Sequence record: NC_135728.1
Direction: 5' to 3' (one strand)
From: a phage
Length of the DNA: 64,000 nucleotides
In this document: positions 27,741 through 36,690 of the stretch, piece by piece
Layout of the letters: the number at the start of each line of letters is the position of its first letter
Numbering within the stretch: the first letter of the stretch is position 1
Translations under genes and position numbers: made by a program
Notes under the pieces: model-generated
Database searches by the model: none
What the model saw: only the letters and a program-made list of their open reading frames with translations
What the model was told of the DNA's origin: nothing

Positions 27741-28274
27741 ATGACTTGTGCTAGAAAACCTGATGAACAACGTAACGCATACGATGAGTATGTGACACCG
27801 GAGTGGTGTGCAGAAGGGCTGTATGACCTTATTCCGTTCCCAGAGGACTGGACCTACTTAGAGCCTTGCAGGAATAGTGCCTCAGGTGTGTTCTACTCCC
27901 GTATGCCGTTAGGATCTGCATGGGGAGAAATCCAAGAAGGTGTTGACTATCTGAATACAGAATACAACCATGTTGACTGTATTATCACCAACCCACCATA
28001 CAGTCTGGCCCGTGAGTTTGTAGACAAGGCGTTGAAAGATGCTGACGTAGTTATTATGCTTTTGCGTCTTAATTTTCTGGAAAGCAAAGCCAGATTTGAA
28101 TGGTGGCTTGATAATGCACCTACCACTGTGATCACAATATCTAAGCGTCCATCATTTCAATCAAATGGTAGAACTGACGGGCAAGCATATGCATATTTTG
28201 TGTGGGATAAGAAAAACCGTTTAGACTTGCCGCCATTTATGTGGTTGGCACCCCCAGAGGTAGACCTGAAATGA
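27741..28274 (+). CDS. small Dam-like N6-adenine DNA methyltransferase
   Basis: CIITNPPYS (NPPY motif IV) in a 177 aa protein. Confidence 0.65.
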   Translation: MTCARKPDEQRNAYDEYVTPEWCAEGLYDLIPFPEDWTYLEPCRNSASGVFYSRMPLGSAWGEIQEGVDYLNTEYNHVDCIITNPPYSLAREFVDKALKDADVVIMLLRLNFLESKARFEWWLDNAPTTVITISKRPSFQSNGRTDGQAYAYFVWDKKNRLDLPPFMWLAPPEVDLK

Positions 28275-28555
28275 AAATGAGTGCTAAGGACAAATTACAC
28301 CAACTGGCGCTAAAACGTCCTGTAACGCTTCCTGACGAGCTTAACTCTATTTATGATGCGATTGTAGGGGAGATACAAAATAAAGCGTTAGCAGGCTTTC
28401 TGGGATGCGGATTTTCGATAAATCTACCCTCGCATCTCTCAGATTACTTCCCGCATATTGTTGGGGATTTGAGGGCAGGAGGTCTGCAGGTAGATGTTGT
28501 TGGCATCTCTCCAGAGAAAAATAACACGGTTGCCTACTTGACAGTAACTTGGTAG
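28271..28555 (+). CDS. hypothetical protein
   Basis: ATGA overlap with MTase stop; GAGGTAG RBS. Confidence 0.45.
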   Translation: MKMSAKDKLHQLALKRPVTLPDELNSIYDAIVGEIQNKALAGFLGCGFSINLPSHLSDYFPHIVGDLRAGGLQVDVVGISPEKNNTVAYLTVTW

Positions 28556-28589
28556 TTGTGTATTGTTGTTATCAACAAGGGGGTCATTT

Positions 28590-28829
28590 ATGTACAAGTC
28601 ATTTTCAATTTACTCAAGACAGGCGAAACATTACACAGAGATTCTAATCACTCAGAAAAAATCTGTAGAAGGTGAGTGGGAATATCATCATAAAATGTTG
28701 CGTCCAGACTGGGTTTTTGATAGGCTTATTGCTATGATCCCTCTTGGAGAAGTATACCCTCTGACAGGTCATAGGGATGCTTGGGATTTAATTGATTACA
28801 TAGATTCATTTAAGGAGCCTAGTGTATGA
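28590..28829 (+). CDS. hypothetical protein
   Basis: ATG after CAAGGGGG. Confidence 0.45.
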   Translation: MYKSFSIYSRQAKHYTEILITQKKSVEGEWEYHHKMLRPDWVFDRLIAMIPLGEVYPLTGHRDAWDLIDYIDSFKEPSV

Positions 28830-29224
28830 AGATTGAGATCACTAAAGAAGGTAAGAAAGTGTCTGGCGATTATGCAACAGTAATTCGGGATGTAATGTTC
28901 GAAGTAACCCAGACTGGTACGTCTAAGGTTGGTCAAACGGTAAGTGTGCAAGGTAATATTGCCGCAGGTGAAAAGATAATCATCGTGATCAAAGGACAAG
29001 ACCCTGTGGAAGGAACAGTGGGCCGAGGAGGCTACCTGTGTATTTCTGAAGAACCTCGTATGCTGGTTGCTGATAACTCCACAGGTAAAAAGCGGGTATG
29101 TAACACGGACGAGGTGATGATTATCTATCCAGTCAACCCAGATGATCCGGCAACATGGATTGTGGGAAATGAAATCTTCTCTTTAGAAGAGTTATCCTTC
29201 CCAGCTCCGCGCTCTGTTCAGTAA
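28826..29224 (+). CDS. hypothetical protein
   Basis: ATGA overlap; AAGGAG RBS. Confidence 0.5.
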   Translation: MKIEITKEGKKVSGDYATVIRDVMFEVTQTGTSKVGQTVSVQGNIAAGEKIIIVIKGQDPVEGTVGRGGYLCISEEPRMLVADNSTGKKRVCNTDEVMIIYPVNPDDPATWIVGNEIFSLEELSFPAPRSVQ

Positions 29225-29263
29225 TAATTTATCTTACCAGGGACGGTAGAAGTAGGAGGTAGC

Positions 29264-29497
29264 ATGAAAGTTAAATTTCTTACAGATTTAGGGTACCCTT
29301 CCTTGGTTGACTGTGTTGGTAAAATTGTGGAAGCAAAACGGCTATCTGCAAACGAGAATGTTGTCATGGTTAAGGGAAAAGATTTATTAGCTGCAGGTGC
29401 AGAGTCTGGCAGGGTCTCTCCTGACTATACGTATTACCTGTCTTTAAGTAATCTACCAGAACGAGGCGGCAAAGGCCTTGAAGTTGTGGAGGAGTGA
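29264..29497 (+). CDS. small acidic protein, paralog family A
   Basis: MKVKFL... start, acidic VVEE C-terminus; GTAGGAGG RBS. Confidence 0.5.
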   Translation: MKVKFLTDLGYPSLVDCVGKIVEAKRLSANENVVMVKGKDLLAAGAESGRVSPDYTYYLSLSNLPERGGKGLEVVEE

Positions 29498-29502
29498 CAG
29501 GT

Positions 29503-30027
29503 ATGCTTCTGATTAACTGGGAAGACCTCTATGGGGACAAAGACCCTGTTGCGTTTGTTGATCGTAGATGGAGATATACTGAAGAACAACTGGCTGCAAA
29601 AAATTTAACTGCAAAACGCAGAAAGATCATCCAGTGCAAGTATAAATACGCACAGTTTGCTGCAAAAGTGTCTCCCCAAATCGAGAGCTTTGTGCTTAAA
29701 TTGTATGACGAGTACCTCAAATTCAAACTGGATTTTGTACAGGTATACCGTGCACAGATACGCCCAGATACCAGCATTTGTAGATGGAAGGTTGTTTGTG
29801 ACGGTAAAGATTTGCCACTCAGCTTGACAATTGAGCAGCGTTGGGGGTATCATGAGTGCGGTCTGTATGAGACTTGGGATGTCATTGTAGATCCTGCTAA
29901 GTACCTGAACACAGAGGAGCTGGAATATATCAATAAGGTTATTCTCGATATGTTTTTCAGATACACCTGTGAAAACTCTGAGAAAGAACGGGATAATTTT
30001 CTTGACACCATCAGCAACCATCTGTAG
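29503..30027 (+). CDS. hypothetical protein
   Basis: ATG after GGAG (track start is GTG at 29494). Confidence 0.5.
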   Translation: MLLINWEDLYGDKDPVAFVDRRWRYTEEQLAAKNLTAKRRKIIQCKYKYAQFAAKVSPQIESFVLKLYDEYLKFKLDFVQVYRAQIRPDTSICRWKVVCDGKDLPLSLTIEQRWGYHECGLYETWDVIVDPAKYLNTEELEYINKVILDMFFRYTCENSEKERDNFLDTISNHL

Positions 30028-30057
30028 TATACAATTTAACCTACAAAGGGAGGGCTA

Positions 30058-30294
30058 ATGAGTATAAATGTTGTGCTAATAGGTTACCTGGTAATAGCAG
30101 TTATAACAGCGGTATTCTTGACAGGTATATGCATCGTGTCTAGACGAAGGGTGAAGTTTGATGATTTTATCACCATCATCACTGCTGCACCTTTTTGGCC
30201 TATTGTTATCTTCATCGTAATAATGTGCCTAGTTGATTACTACAAGAATATCCGTAAGGAGAAAAAGGAGAGTAGGGATGGAGACCGCGCCTAA
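30058..30294 (+). CDS. small membrane protein (two predicted TM helices)
   Basis: Hydrophobic stretches VVLIGYLVIAVITAVFL and FWPIVIFIVIMCLV; GGGAGGG RBS. Confidence 0.5.
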   Translation: MSINVVLIGYLVIAVITAVFLTGICIVSRRRVKFDDFITIITAAPFWPIVIFIVIMCLVDYYKNIRKEKKESRDGDRA

Positions 30295-30495
30295 AACTGT
30301 TTATACTGTTCTTAAAGAGATTGCGTTCTACGCAGATCTTAGCCAGGCACCTTTATGGGAAAAGAGCATGTATTTAAAATGGTGCGTTAATTTATGGAGA
30401 CCTTCCAGTGTTTCAAGCCATGTTTATTGAGATGCTATCTGGGGTATTGTTACTGGTAGCCATCTTAGGTGGTGCAGTTCTGATGTATAACTATC

Positions 30496-30699
30496 TTGAA
30501 AAAGGAGACAGCAATGGCAAAAAATAAATCTTTAGAGCAGGCTGAAAACCTTCTCCACGAGCTAGTAAAGGAGTGGAAAGTTGAATACTCAGATTTTAAT
30601 GCACGAGAGGGTGAAGATTATTGGCCTACGGAGCGCTCAGAGGGCGAATGGTATCAAGATTTTATAGAGTGGTTATATCAGACGTGTGATGAGGGGTGA
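30496..30699 (+). CDS. hypothetical protein
   Basis: AAGGAGA RBS. Confidence 0.5.
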   Translation: MKKETAMAKNKSLEQAENLLHELVKEWKVEYSDFNAREGEDYWPTERSEGEWYQDFIEWLYQTCDEG

Positions 30700-30701
30700 C
30701 G

Positions 30702-31157
30702 ATGTTTGTTAAATATGTAAAAACGTGCCTCAACAGTCTTGGCAGAGAGCATTGGTACACCTTACTTGAAAAAGGAGAAATTTTAACAAAATCTGGAAAG
30801 ATAACTTTGATACCCTTGGACGATAAAGACCCGTCACTCCTTGTCATAGATGATTACGTTACAGGTGTGTCGTACGAGGTCTCTGTGGAGAGGTTAATAC
30901 GCAGATCTGGAGGTCCTTATGACCGAAGAGAGTATGTTTTCGATTCTGTTACAGAGAAGGAAGATCCGTCTCTAATGTTCAGGATGGTAATCAGAGATAT
31001 GAGGTCATCTATAGACAGGATCGTAAAGGACATTAAGGAGCCTTTTAGGGTAAAAGTTAAGAAGTTTTTTGATTCTAAGATTAACATACTTGCCGTTGTG
31101 CTAGGCGTAATTCAACTTCTGTTAATTTTGCACTATCTTGAACTGTTGTTTAAGTAG
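30702..31157 (+). CDS. hypothetical protein with C-terminal TM helix
   Basis: C-terminal ILAVVLGVIQLLLILHYL. Confidence 0.5.
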   Translation: MFVKYVKTCLNSLGREHWYTLLEKGEILTKSGKITLIPLDDKDPSLLVIDDYVTGVSYEVSVERLIRRSGGPYDRREYVFDSVTEKEDPSLMFRMVIRDMRSSIDRIVKDIKEPFRVKVKKFFDSKINILAVVLGVIQLLLILHYLELLFK

Positions 31158-31217
31158 TGTGCAATAAGGCACAAAGGATGTGCCATAACTAAATAAACTA
31201 AGAAAGAGGTAGAGAGA

Positions 31218-31565
31218 ATGCCAAAGATTAAATCGATATTAATGTGGGTAGCTGTTGTGGCTTTTGTAGGATACTGGACTTGGGAAACTGAATTAAAAGA
31301 TATCGGATATACCAGTCTTGAGAACAAGGCGTGCATTGGCATAACCGATGCATTCAGGCAAAATGCTATGGATCACGAATGTGTCGATGCAGACATAGAT
31401 GAGAAACTGTCTAAGGACAAAGACTTCTACCACGGGTATGCTTTGCTTGATAGTGGAGACACTGTAGAGTTCTGGTCGTGGTTCCGTAAAGATGGAACAA
31501 TAAAAACAGCAGTAAAGATCTCTAACAAAGAGTTAATGCTGTTGCAGCAGAAGGAGGCTCAATGA
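31218..31565 (+). CDS. hypothetical protein with N-terminal TM/signal segment
   Basis: AGAGGTAGAGAGA RBS; N-terminal ILMWVAVVAFVGYW. Confidence 0.5.
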   Translation: MPKIKSILMWVAVVAFVGYWTWETELKDIGYTSLENKACIGITDAFRQNAMDHECVDADIDEKLSKDKDFYHGYALLDSGDTVEFWSWFRKDGTIKTAVKISNKELMLLQQKEAQ

Positions 31566-31849
31566 TCTGGATATCCTATGCTGATGGCACCATGCTGTAT
31601 ACTGCAGGTACCAGATATGAGGTTCAGGAGAACGATAAAAAATTTATCGTAAGAACATTTGACAAGGACGACAACCTTTTGCTAGAATTAACTTACAAGG
31701 TTGGGGATGTATCTAGCATCCAGTTGGATTGCGGTCATAAAGATAACCCACTCAAGAAACCTGGGGTAGGTAAAGCTTCAGAAAAACGCCTGTCTCGTAT
31801 TGCAGAAAGCGTTTCTGCACAAAAATCTAAGAAGGGGACTAGAAAATGA
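31562..31849 (+). CDS. hypothetical protein
   Basis: ATGA overlap; AGGAGG RBS. Confidence 0.5.
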   Translation: MIWISYADGTMLYTAGTRYEVQENDKKFIVRTFDKDDNLLLELTYKVGDVSSIQLDCGHKDNPLKKPGVGKASEKRLSRIAESVSAQKSKKGTRK

Positions 31850-32040
31850 AAAACTTACGTTTTAACACTTATTACTACAACACATTGAATGATTTGTATT
31901 ATATTGTTCGAAGTAAAAGTCCTGAAACAGTCCTATTCTGCCGCGAACCTTTCAAAGGGGAGGAAGTAGAGTCTGAGATGAATGTTAGCCATATTACCTC
32001 TTTGTTGCTCTCAGGTGCAATGGAAGAAGCAATATTCTAA
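31846..32040 (+). CDS. hypothetical protein
   Basis: ATGA overlap. Confidence 0.45.
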   Translation: MKNLRFNTYYYNTLNDLYYIVRSKSPETVLFCREPFKGEEVESEMNVSHITSLLLSGAMEEAIF

Positions 32041-32059
32041 ACCAGGCGGGAGGGTTTTT

Positions 32060-32245
32060 ATGAAGCACTATTGTCTGTCTGGTAGAATGGGTGCAGATTG
32101 TGATTGGGTTTTCTTAAAACTTGTCAGTATTCGAGAGTTCATCCCAGAGGAAGAGCAAGAAAGTGAGCTGATGTCATGGATCAACCATTACGGTAACACT
32201 TTTCGGCATGTTAAGGTGGAAGAGTTGCCAAGCGAGGCTGATTGA
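32060..32245 (+). CDS. hypothetical protein
   Basis: ATG after GGGAGGG. Confidence 0.4.
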   Translation: MKHYCLSGRMGADCDWVFLKLVSIREFIPEEEQESELMSWINHYGNTFRHVKVEELPSEAD

Positions 32246-32247
32246 CT

Positions 32248-32337
32248 ATGATTGCATCAATATTAACGTTTATGGGCGGCGTGGCATTCGGATTCATTGT
32301 TTGCCTGTTTATAGTGATTATGTCTATGCGAGGCTGA
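32248..32337 (+). CDS. hydrophobic micro-protein, 29 aa
   Basis: MIASILTFMGGVAFGFIVCLFIVIMSMRG; packed between two genes. Confidence 0.35.
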   Translation: MIASILTFMGGVAFGFIVCLFIVIMSMRG

Positions 32338-32340
32338 ATT

Positions 32341-32637
32341 ATGAAACTTTTTGAGTGGTTTAAAAAGTTTAAATATAAAGCTGTAGCCATCGTGCCATGG
32401 TCCATTCAATGGGTGGACGATGAGGGATTACCAATTCCAGGTGATAAAGACACGGGATACTGGATCATGCTTGAAAACGGGTTTGGAAAGCGAAAATATA
32501 CGTGCACAAACTCTACTCGATCTGCACTTAATAGAGTGCCTGGTTACAAACTTATGGTTGTGTGGAAAATGTCAGGGGTGCCTCCAGCTAATGCTCAATT
32601 TCTTACTGACAATCCAACCACGGTGGAGGGAGATTGA
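32341..32637 (+). CDS. hypothetical protein
   Basis: Track ORF. Confidence 0.5.
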   Translation: MKLFEWFKKFKYKAVAIVPWSIQWVDDEGLPIPGDKDTGYWIMLENGFGKRKYTCTNSTRSALNRVPGYKLMVVWKMSGVPPANAQFLTDNPTTVEGD

Positions 32638-32639
32638 TA

Positions 32640-32921
32640 ATGAAAAAGATTAACAGTGGTGAAGTTGAGTTTAAACTTGTCGGGAAAGGCACTTACTGGG
32701 AAGTTCGTCAAAAGGTATATTTGTTCGGTCTTATTCCCTATTGGTCTAAATTCTACTGGGGAGCTAACGAGTTGGGAAGATACGCCACCAAATCAATGGC
32801 ACTTATTGGTATAGCAGAGTACATTGCAGCCAGAGATAGGGTTGGAGACACTTATTACTATACTGCGGACGATATTCGTAACAGTGTTTACGTCCCACAA
32901 CCACCTGATGGGGACCGTTGA
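32640..32921 (+). CDS. hypothetical protein
   Basis: ATG after GGAGGGAG. Confidence 0.5.
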   Translation: MKKINSGEVEFKLVGKGTYWEVRQKVYLFGLIPYWSKFYWGANELGRYATKSMALIGIAEYIAARDRVGDTYYYTADDIRNSVYVPQPPDGDR

Positions 32922-33145
32922 TGAAAGTTAAAGTTTTAGATTCAAGCTTCTATATTGGTCAGGAGCCTTTAGTAGGGAAAGTGTTTACTGCTGTCCCTAA
33001 CGAAGATTATCCTGACCTTTTAAAAATAAAAGGTGCAGATCTTATTGCCGCTGGTGCATCTCAGGACTGCTTTGACAGTCAGTGGACCTACAACTTTGCC
33101 CTAGGTGAGGATGTAGAGGTAGTGGAGGACGATCATGAAGGTTAA
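32921..33145 (+). CDS. small acidic protein, paralog family A (cassette 1)
   Basis: MKVKVLDSSFYIGQ...LIAAGA...VEVVED. Confidence 0.55.
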   Translation: MKVKVLDSSFYIGQEPLVGKVFTAVPNEDYPDLLKIKGADLIAAGASQDCFDSQWTYNFALGEDVEVVEDDHEG

Positions 33146-33389
33146 AATTCTTGATTCTAACGTCTACTTGGGACAATCCTTCCTGAAGGGAAAGGTCGTT
33201 CCTGCGGTATACTTTGAAGGGTTGCCGTGGGATGATCCTGTGCGGCAACATCACAGTTATGTAGGCCACAACGTGGTGTTTATCTTGGGATCAGACCTGA
33301 TCACCGCTGGTGCACCTGAATATTATTTCGGGGAAGAGTCCTATTATGCCTTTGGGGTAGGGTCAGATGCGGATATTGTAGAGCTGTGA
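33135..33389 (+). CDS. small acidic protein, paralog family A (cassette 1)
   Basis: MKVKILDSNVYLGQ...LITAGA... Confidence 0.55.
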   Translation: MKVKILDSNVYLGQSFLKGKVVPAVYFEGLPWDDPVRQHHSYVGHNVVFILGSDLITAGAPEYYFGEESYYAFGVGSDADIVEL

Positions 33390-33401
33390 TGGGTAACCGT
33401 T

Positions 33402-33800
33402 GTGAAAAATAAACTGTTTAAAGTTACAATGAAAATTCGCGGAGCTTGGAGCGTAAAGCAAGGGCGTATTCCGGAATTTGAGAAAGACTTCTACGTAGTC
33501 TCCACCTCGGAGGAGGCTGCATGCTGGCAGGCTGGCTATGCCTATGCAAGAACCTGGTACGAAGGATACCAGACCGGGGGATATGACGGAGAAATTATCA
33601 GCAGAGGTGTGGAAGAAATTAATGTGTTGACAAGTGAAAAAGTTTTTGTTATAGTGCATCCAGATTCCAGAGTGAAGCATTACTGGAACGCCAGAACAAA
33701 AACTTGGACACCGTTTGCAGATTCTGCTACGCCACTTTTAAACCAGAAAGCTCTTGACTCTGCCCCAAGTTATGGGATTGTTGAAGAAAAGCTAAACTGA
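33402..33800 (+). CDS. hypothetical protein, paralog family B (cassette 1)
   Basis: Shares LFKV..., HPDS..YW..TWTP.. with 35607-36002; GTG start. Confidence 0.55.
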   Translation: MKNKLFKVTMKIRGAWSVKQGRIPEFEKDFYVVSTSEEAACWQAGYAYARTWYEGYQTGGYDGEIISRGVEEINVLTSEKVFVIVHPDSRVKHYWNARTKTWTPFADSATPLLNQKALDSAPSYGIVEEKLN

Positions 33801-33817
33801 AACAGTGAGGTACTAAC

Positions 33818-34108
33818 ATGATGGATTTAGTTCTGGACACGGATAACACCGGAGAGTTTAAAAAGGATGGTGTAACAAGCGTTGACCAATCCTTCCCTGC
33901 CAAGATTGACTCAAAATGGACCTACAAGTTCGATGGAGAGATCTTCGCAAATGATGAGAAGGTTGTAGATGCTGCAGCCATTTTGAACGCTCTAGGGTAC
34001 GACCCTGTGAATTCTTTGATCAAGGATCCTGTTGAGTTTGCAGAGTATGTTCGAAAAATGGCAGATCTTGCTGTGGATATTTTAAAAACTATCGACGACA
34101 AGCTGTAA
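33818..34108 (+). CDS. hypothetical protein
   Basis: GTGAGGT RBS. Confidence 0.5.
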   Translation: MMDLVLDTDNTGEFKKDGVTSVDQSFPAKIDSKWTYKFDGEIFANDEKVVDAAAILNALGYDPVNSLIKDPVEFAEYVRKMADLAVDILKTIDDKL

Positions 34109-34114
34109 AAACTG

Positions 34115-34143
34115 TTGACACAACGCTTCAGATTTAGTATCAT
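34115..34143 (+). promoter_or_regulatory. sigma70-like promoter TTGACA-17-TATCAT
   Basis: Directly upstream of the HPF homolog. Confidence 0.5.
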
Positions 34144-34190
34144 TGTTTTCAAAGAGGGTTTGGTTCCCTCTTCTTTAAAAGGAACACGTT

Positions 34191-34508
34191 ATGCAAATTG
34201 AAATCACTGGCAACGTAGAAATCACTGAAGGTATGGTGTCTTTCATTTCCCACAAAATGTCTAAGCTGGAGCGTTTGCACCCATCTGCCAACTATGCACG
34301 TGTGAGTGTAAAAGTTGAAAATGATCACCAGGAAGTTATGGCGTTCATTTTTGACAATTCTGGAAAAGAAGTTATTGCCAAGGCTAAAGGCAGTGATGCT
34401 TACGAGGCAACTGACCGTATGGTAGATGTTGCAGCACGTCAGCTGGCTAAATGCGGTGGAAAGAAAGGTAAGGGGAAAGGCAAAGTAAAGATTGACTTTG
34501 GAGAATGA
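34191..34508 (+). CDS. hpf: ribosome hibernation promoting factor / RaiA-family homolog
   Basis: Colinear with E. coli HPF: MQIEITGNVEITEGM...KLE...VKVE...GSDAYEATD...ARQLAK, plus a basic KGKGKGK tail. Confidence 0.85.
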   Translation: MQIEITGNVEITEGMVSFISHKMSKLERLHPSANYARVSVKVENDHQEVMAFIFDNSGKEVIAKAKGSDAYEATDRMVDVAARQLAKCGGKKGKGKGKVKIDFGE

Positions 34509-34517
34509 GGTGCTACA

Positions 34518-34619
34518 ATGGGTGTGATTAAGAAATTAGTCCCAAATGTAGAGATTGCATGCTTTGAAATTATGTTTGCAATCGCAGTTGTAGTTAATGT
34601 GTTAGGTTACGGCTATTAA
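34518..34619 (+). CDS. hydrophobic micro-protein, 33 aa
   Basis: GAGGTG RBS; MGVIKKLVPNVEIACFEIMFAIAVVVNVLGYGY. Confidence 0.35.
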   Translation: MGVIKKLVPNVEIACFEIMFAIAVVVNVLGYGY

Positions 34620-34645
34620 TATCAAATAATTGAGGAGACCTCTAA

Positions 34646-34915
34646 ATGAAAATTAAATTATTCAAAACCGAGCTGGCAGACAAAAACTGTGGACTGGTTG
34701 AAGGCATGATTGTCGAAGCACAACCAGTTGACTATATGAAGGTGGTTCGTGATGCCCTGGGTGAAGGTTTTGATCTGATGGAGCCAGCTCTGCGAGAAGA
34801 TGTTATCGAGATGGCTAAAAAGCACACACCTGAAGGCATGGTGGTGTTTGTTGCACCGGGTAACGGAGAAGAGTTGATTGTAACTCCTGATGTGTATGAG
34901 ATTGTAGAGGAATAA
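34646..34915 (+). CDS. small acidic protein, paralog family A
   Basis: MKIKLFK... start, EIVEE end; GAGGAGA RBS. Confidence 0.5.
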   Translation: MKIKLFKTELADKNCGLVEGMIVEAQPVDYMKVVRDALGEGFDLMEPALREDVIEMAKKHTPEGMVVFVAPGNGEELIVTPDVYEIVEE

Positions 34916-35006
34916 TCCTGCTTGGATTAGCAGGCTTCCTCGATAAGGAAGGTTTGTAATTATTTGTGGGAAAGGAATCCCAATCTCTTACCAGAGGTGA
35001 TACTAT

Positions 35007-35270
35007 ATGATTGTTTATTTTAAAACTTCAGGTGGATACCCTGATTCTCAAAGCTTGATCGGAAAAACGTGCACAGCATACTCACCTCTTGATGAGGAGG
35101 TAGGCGATATTCTACGAAATATGTATCGGATTGATCCTCAAGAAGCTTTTGATCAAAATCTTGTATTTGTCAAGGGCTCAGACATGAAGTCTTTGGGAGC
35201 ATTCCCTGAAGCAGATGATGATGCCGTTTATTCGTTCATGACTCCTTTTGAAGCTATGGTTATTGGGTGA
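35007..35270 (+). CDS. small acidic protein, paralog family A (cassette 2)
   Basis: GAGGTGA RBS. Confidence 0.5.
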   Translation: MIVYFKTSGGYPDSQSLIGKTCTAYSPLDEEVGDILRNMYRIDPQEAFDQNLVFVKGSDMKSLGAFPEADDDAVYSFMTPFEAMVIG

Positions 35271-35275
35271 TAATA

Positions 35276-35607
35276 TGAAAGTACGCTTTATTGGTGAAAC
35301 AATTCCTGTGCATCTCCGGTCGCCTGAGGATTCTGCAGATCTTGCATCTCAAAAGGCGAGAGGCTATGATAAGAAAGTAATCTCAACCGATGTAGTGCTT
35401 GAGGCTACTAGTCTACCTGACCCCGCTGCATTCTTTAATCATTATGGATACTATTTCAGCAATCTGATGAATATCGGTGAGCTTGTGTTTATTAGTGGTG
35501 GAGAAATTGTTAGCAAGCTTGGCGGCGATCCGGATGTCTTTCATGAAACCTGTCCTTTTGCATTTGTGGTGGGTTCAGATGTGGAAGTTATTGAGGAGGT
35601 GCGGTAA
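35276..35607 (+). CDS. small acidic protein, paralog family A (cassette 2)
   Basis: MKVRFIG... start, VEVIEE end. Confidence 0.5.
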
Positions 35608-36002
35608 TGGTAAGCCTATACCGTGTTGAGTATAGCTCAGATACTGTATACAACGTAAGAAGCAAAGATCGCAGCGACAGAGTGCAAGAAATGTATGTTC
35701 TTGCCGACAGTCCGTTATCTGCAGCGTTCAAGGCAGGGGCTCTTGCATCTCGTTGGAAATTTGAAGGCGGATCTTTCTATGAAGAAACCCTTGAAGATTC
35801 TGTTGTTATTTCTTCTGTAGAGGTTTCAGATGACTACGAAGGGAAAAAGTTCGTAATGCGGCACCCACACAGTAACATTGCGTACTACTGGGATGTTCTG
35901 AACAACGAGTGGACCCCAGATCTTCAGAAGGCTACTGTGCTAACACCGTTTTTGGCAGATAAGTTCCCACCAGAAGGTAATTTATCCGCACTGTTTCAGT
36001 AA
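35607..36002 (+). CDS. hypothetical protein, paralog family B (cassette 2)
   Basis: LYRV..., HPHS..YW..EWTP.. shared with 33402-33800. Confidence 0.55.
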   Translation: MVSLYRVEYSSDTVYNVRSKDRSDRVQEMYVLADSPLSAAFKAGALASRWKFEGGSFYEETLEDSVVISSVEVSDDYEGKKFVMRHPHSNIAYYWDVLNNEWTPDLQKATVLTPFLADKFPPEGNLSALFQ

Positions 36003-36020
36003 TTTTCTTGCACACAGGTG

Positions 36021-36050
36021 TTGACAACACCAACCCTGTGTGAAATAATA
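36021..36050 (+). promoter_or_regulatory. sigma70-like promoter TTGACA-17-AATAAT
   Basis: Consensus -35, moderate -10. Confidence 0.35.
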
Positions 36051-36081
36051 CCTTCATCTTAACAAGACAGGAGACTGATTG

Positions 36082-36339
36082 ATGAAGATTAAATTGAAAA
36101 ACCTTGAAACGGCAGAGATTCAGGACGGTGTAGATTTCCGTTCTAAAGATGGTGACATCTTAGAGGTAAATCTTCCAACCTACGAGCTGATTAAAGGTTT
36201 TGGCAACGTTCAGGAAGAGGATATTCCAGAAATTCTTATGATGTTGATTCTTGACGGAACTGTGTTTGTAGGTGAAGGTGAGAACGCTATTGCAATCCCA
36301 GGCCATTTTTATGAAGTAGTTGACGAAGAGGTGCTGTAA
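36082..36339 (+). CDS. small acidic protein, paralog family A
   Basis: MKIKLKN... start, VVDEEVL end. Confidence 0.5.
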   Translation: MKIKLKNLETAEIQDGVDFRSKDGDILEVNLPTYELIKGFGNVQEEDIPEILMMLILDGTVFVGEGENAIAIPGHFYEVVDEEVL

Positions 36340-36690
36340 ATGAAAGTAGAAATTACTGGTTTTGATGTTAGTGTGGTTCCGGAAGATATTTTAGCTAACT
36401 TACCGGAAGGTTTTGGTAACGGTGTTGTGGTGGATGCTGTTCCTCCTACCAAAGACATTCTGCTGCAGTATGGTGTAGCAGAGGAAGATGTCGATAAAGT
36501 TCTTACAATGATGGCAATCGATCGTGTTGTCGTTGTTAAAGGTCTCGATAATTTTGAGAGTGATCCTCTGATTATTCGCGGAGATGACTACAAAATCATC
36601 GATAATGAAGGCCAAGAGTTCTATGAGCCTTGTGCAGAAGATATTCTTAACTTATTACTGGAAGCAGGCACCGAAGAGGAGGACGAATAA
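36340..36690 (+). CDS. small acidic protein
   Basis: MKVEITG... start, EEEDE end. Confidence 0.5.
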   Translation: MKVEITGFDVSVVPEDILANLPEGFGNGVVVDAVPPTKDILLQYGVAEEDVDKVLTMMAIDRVVVVKGLDNFESDPLIIRGDDYKIIDNEGQEFYEPCAEDILNLLLEAGTEEEDE

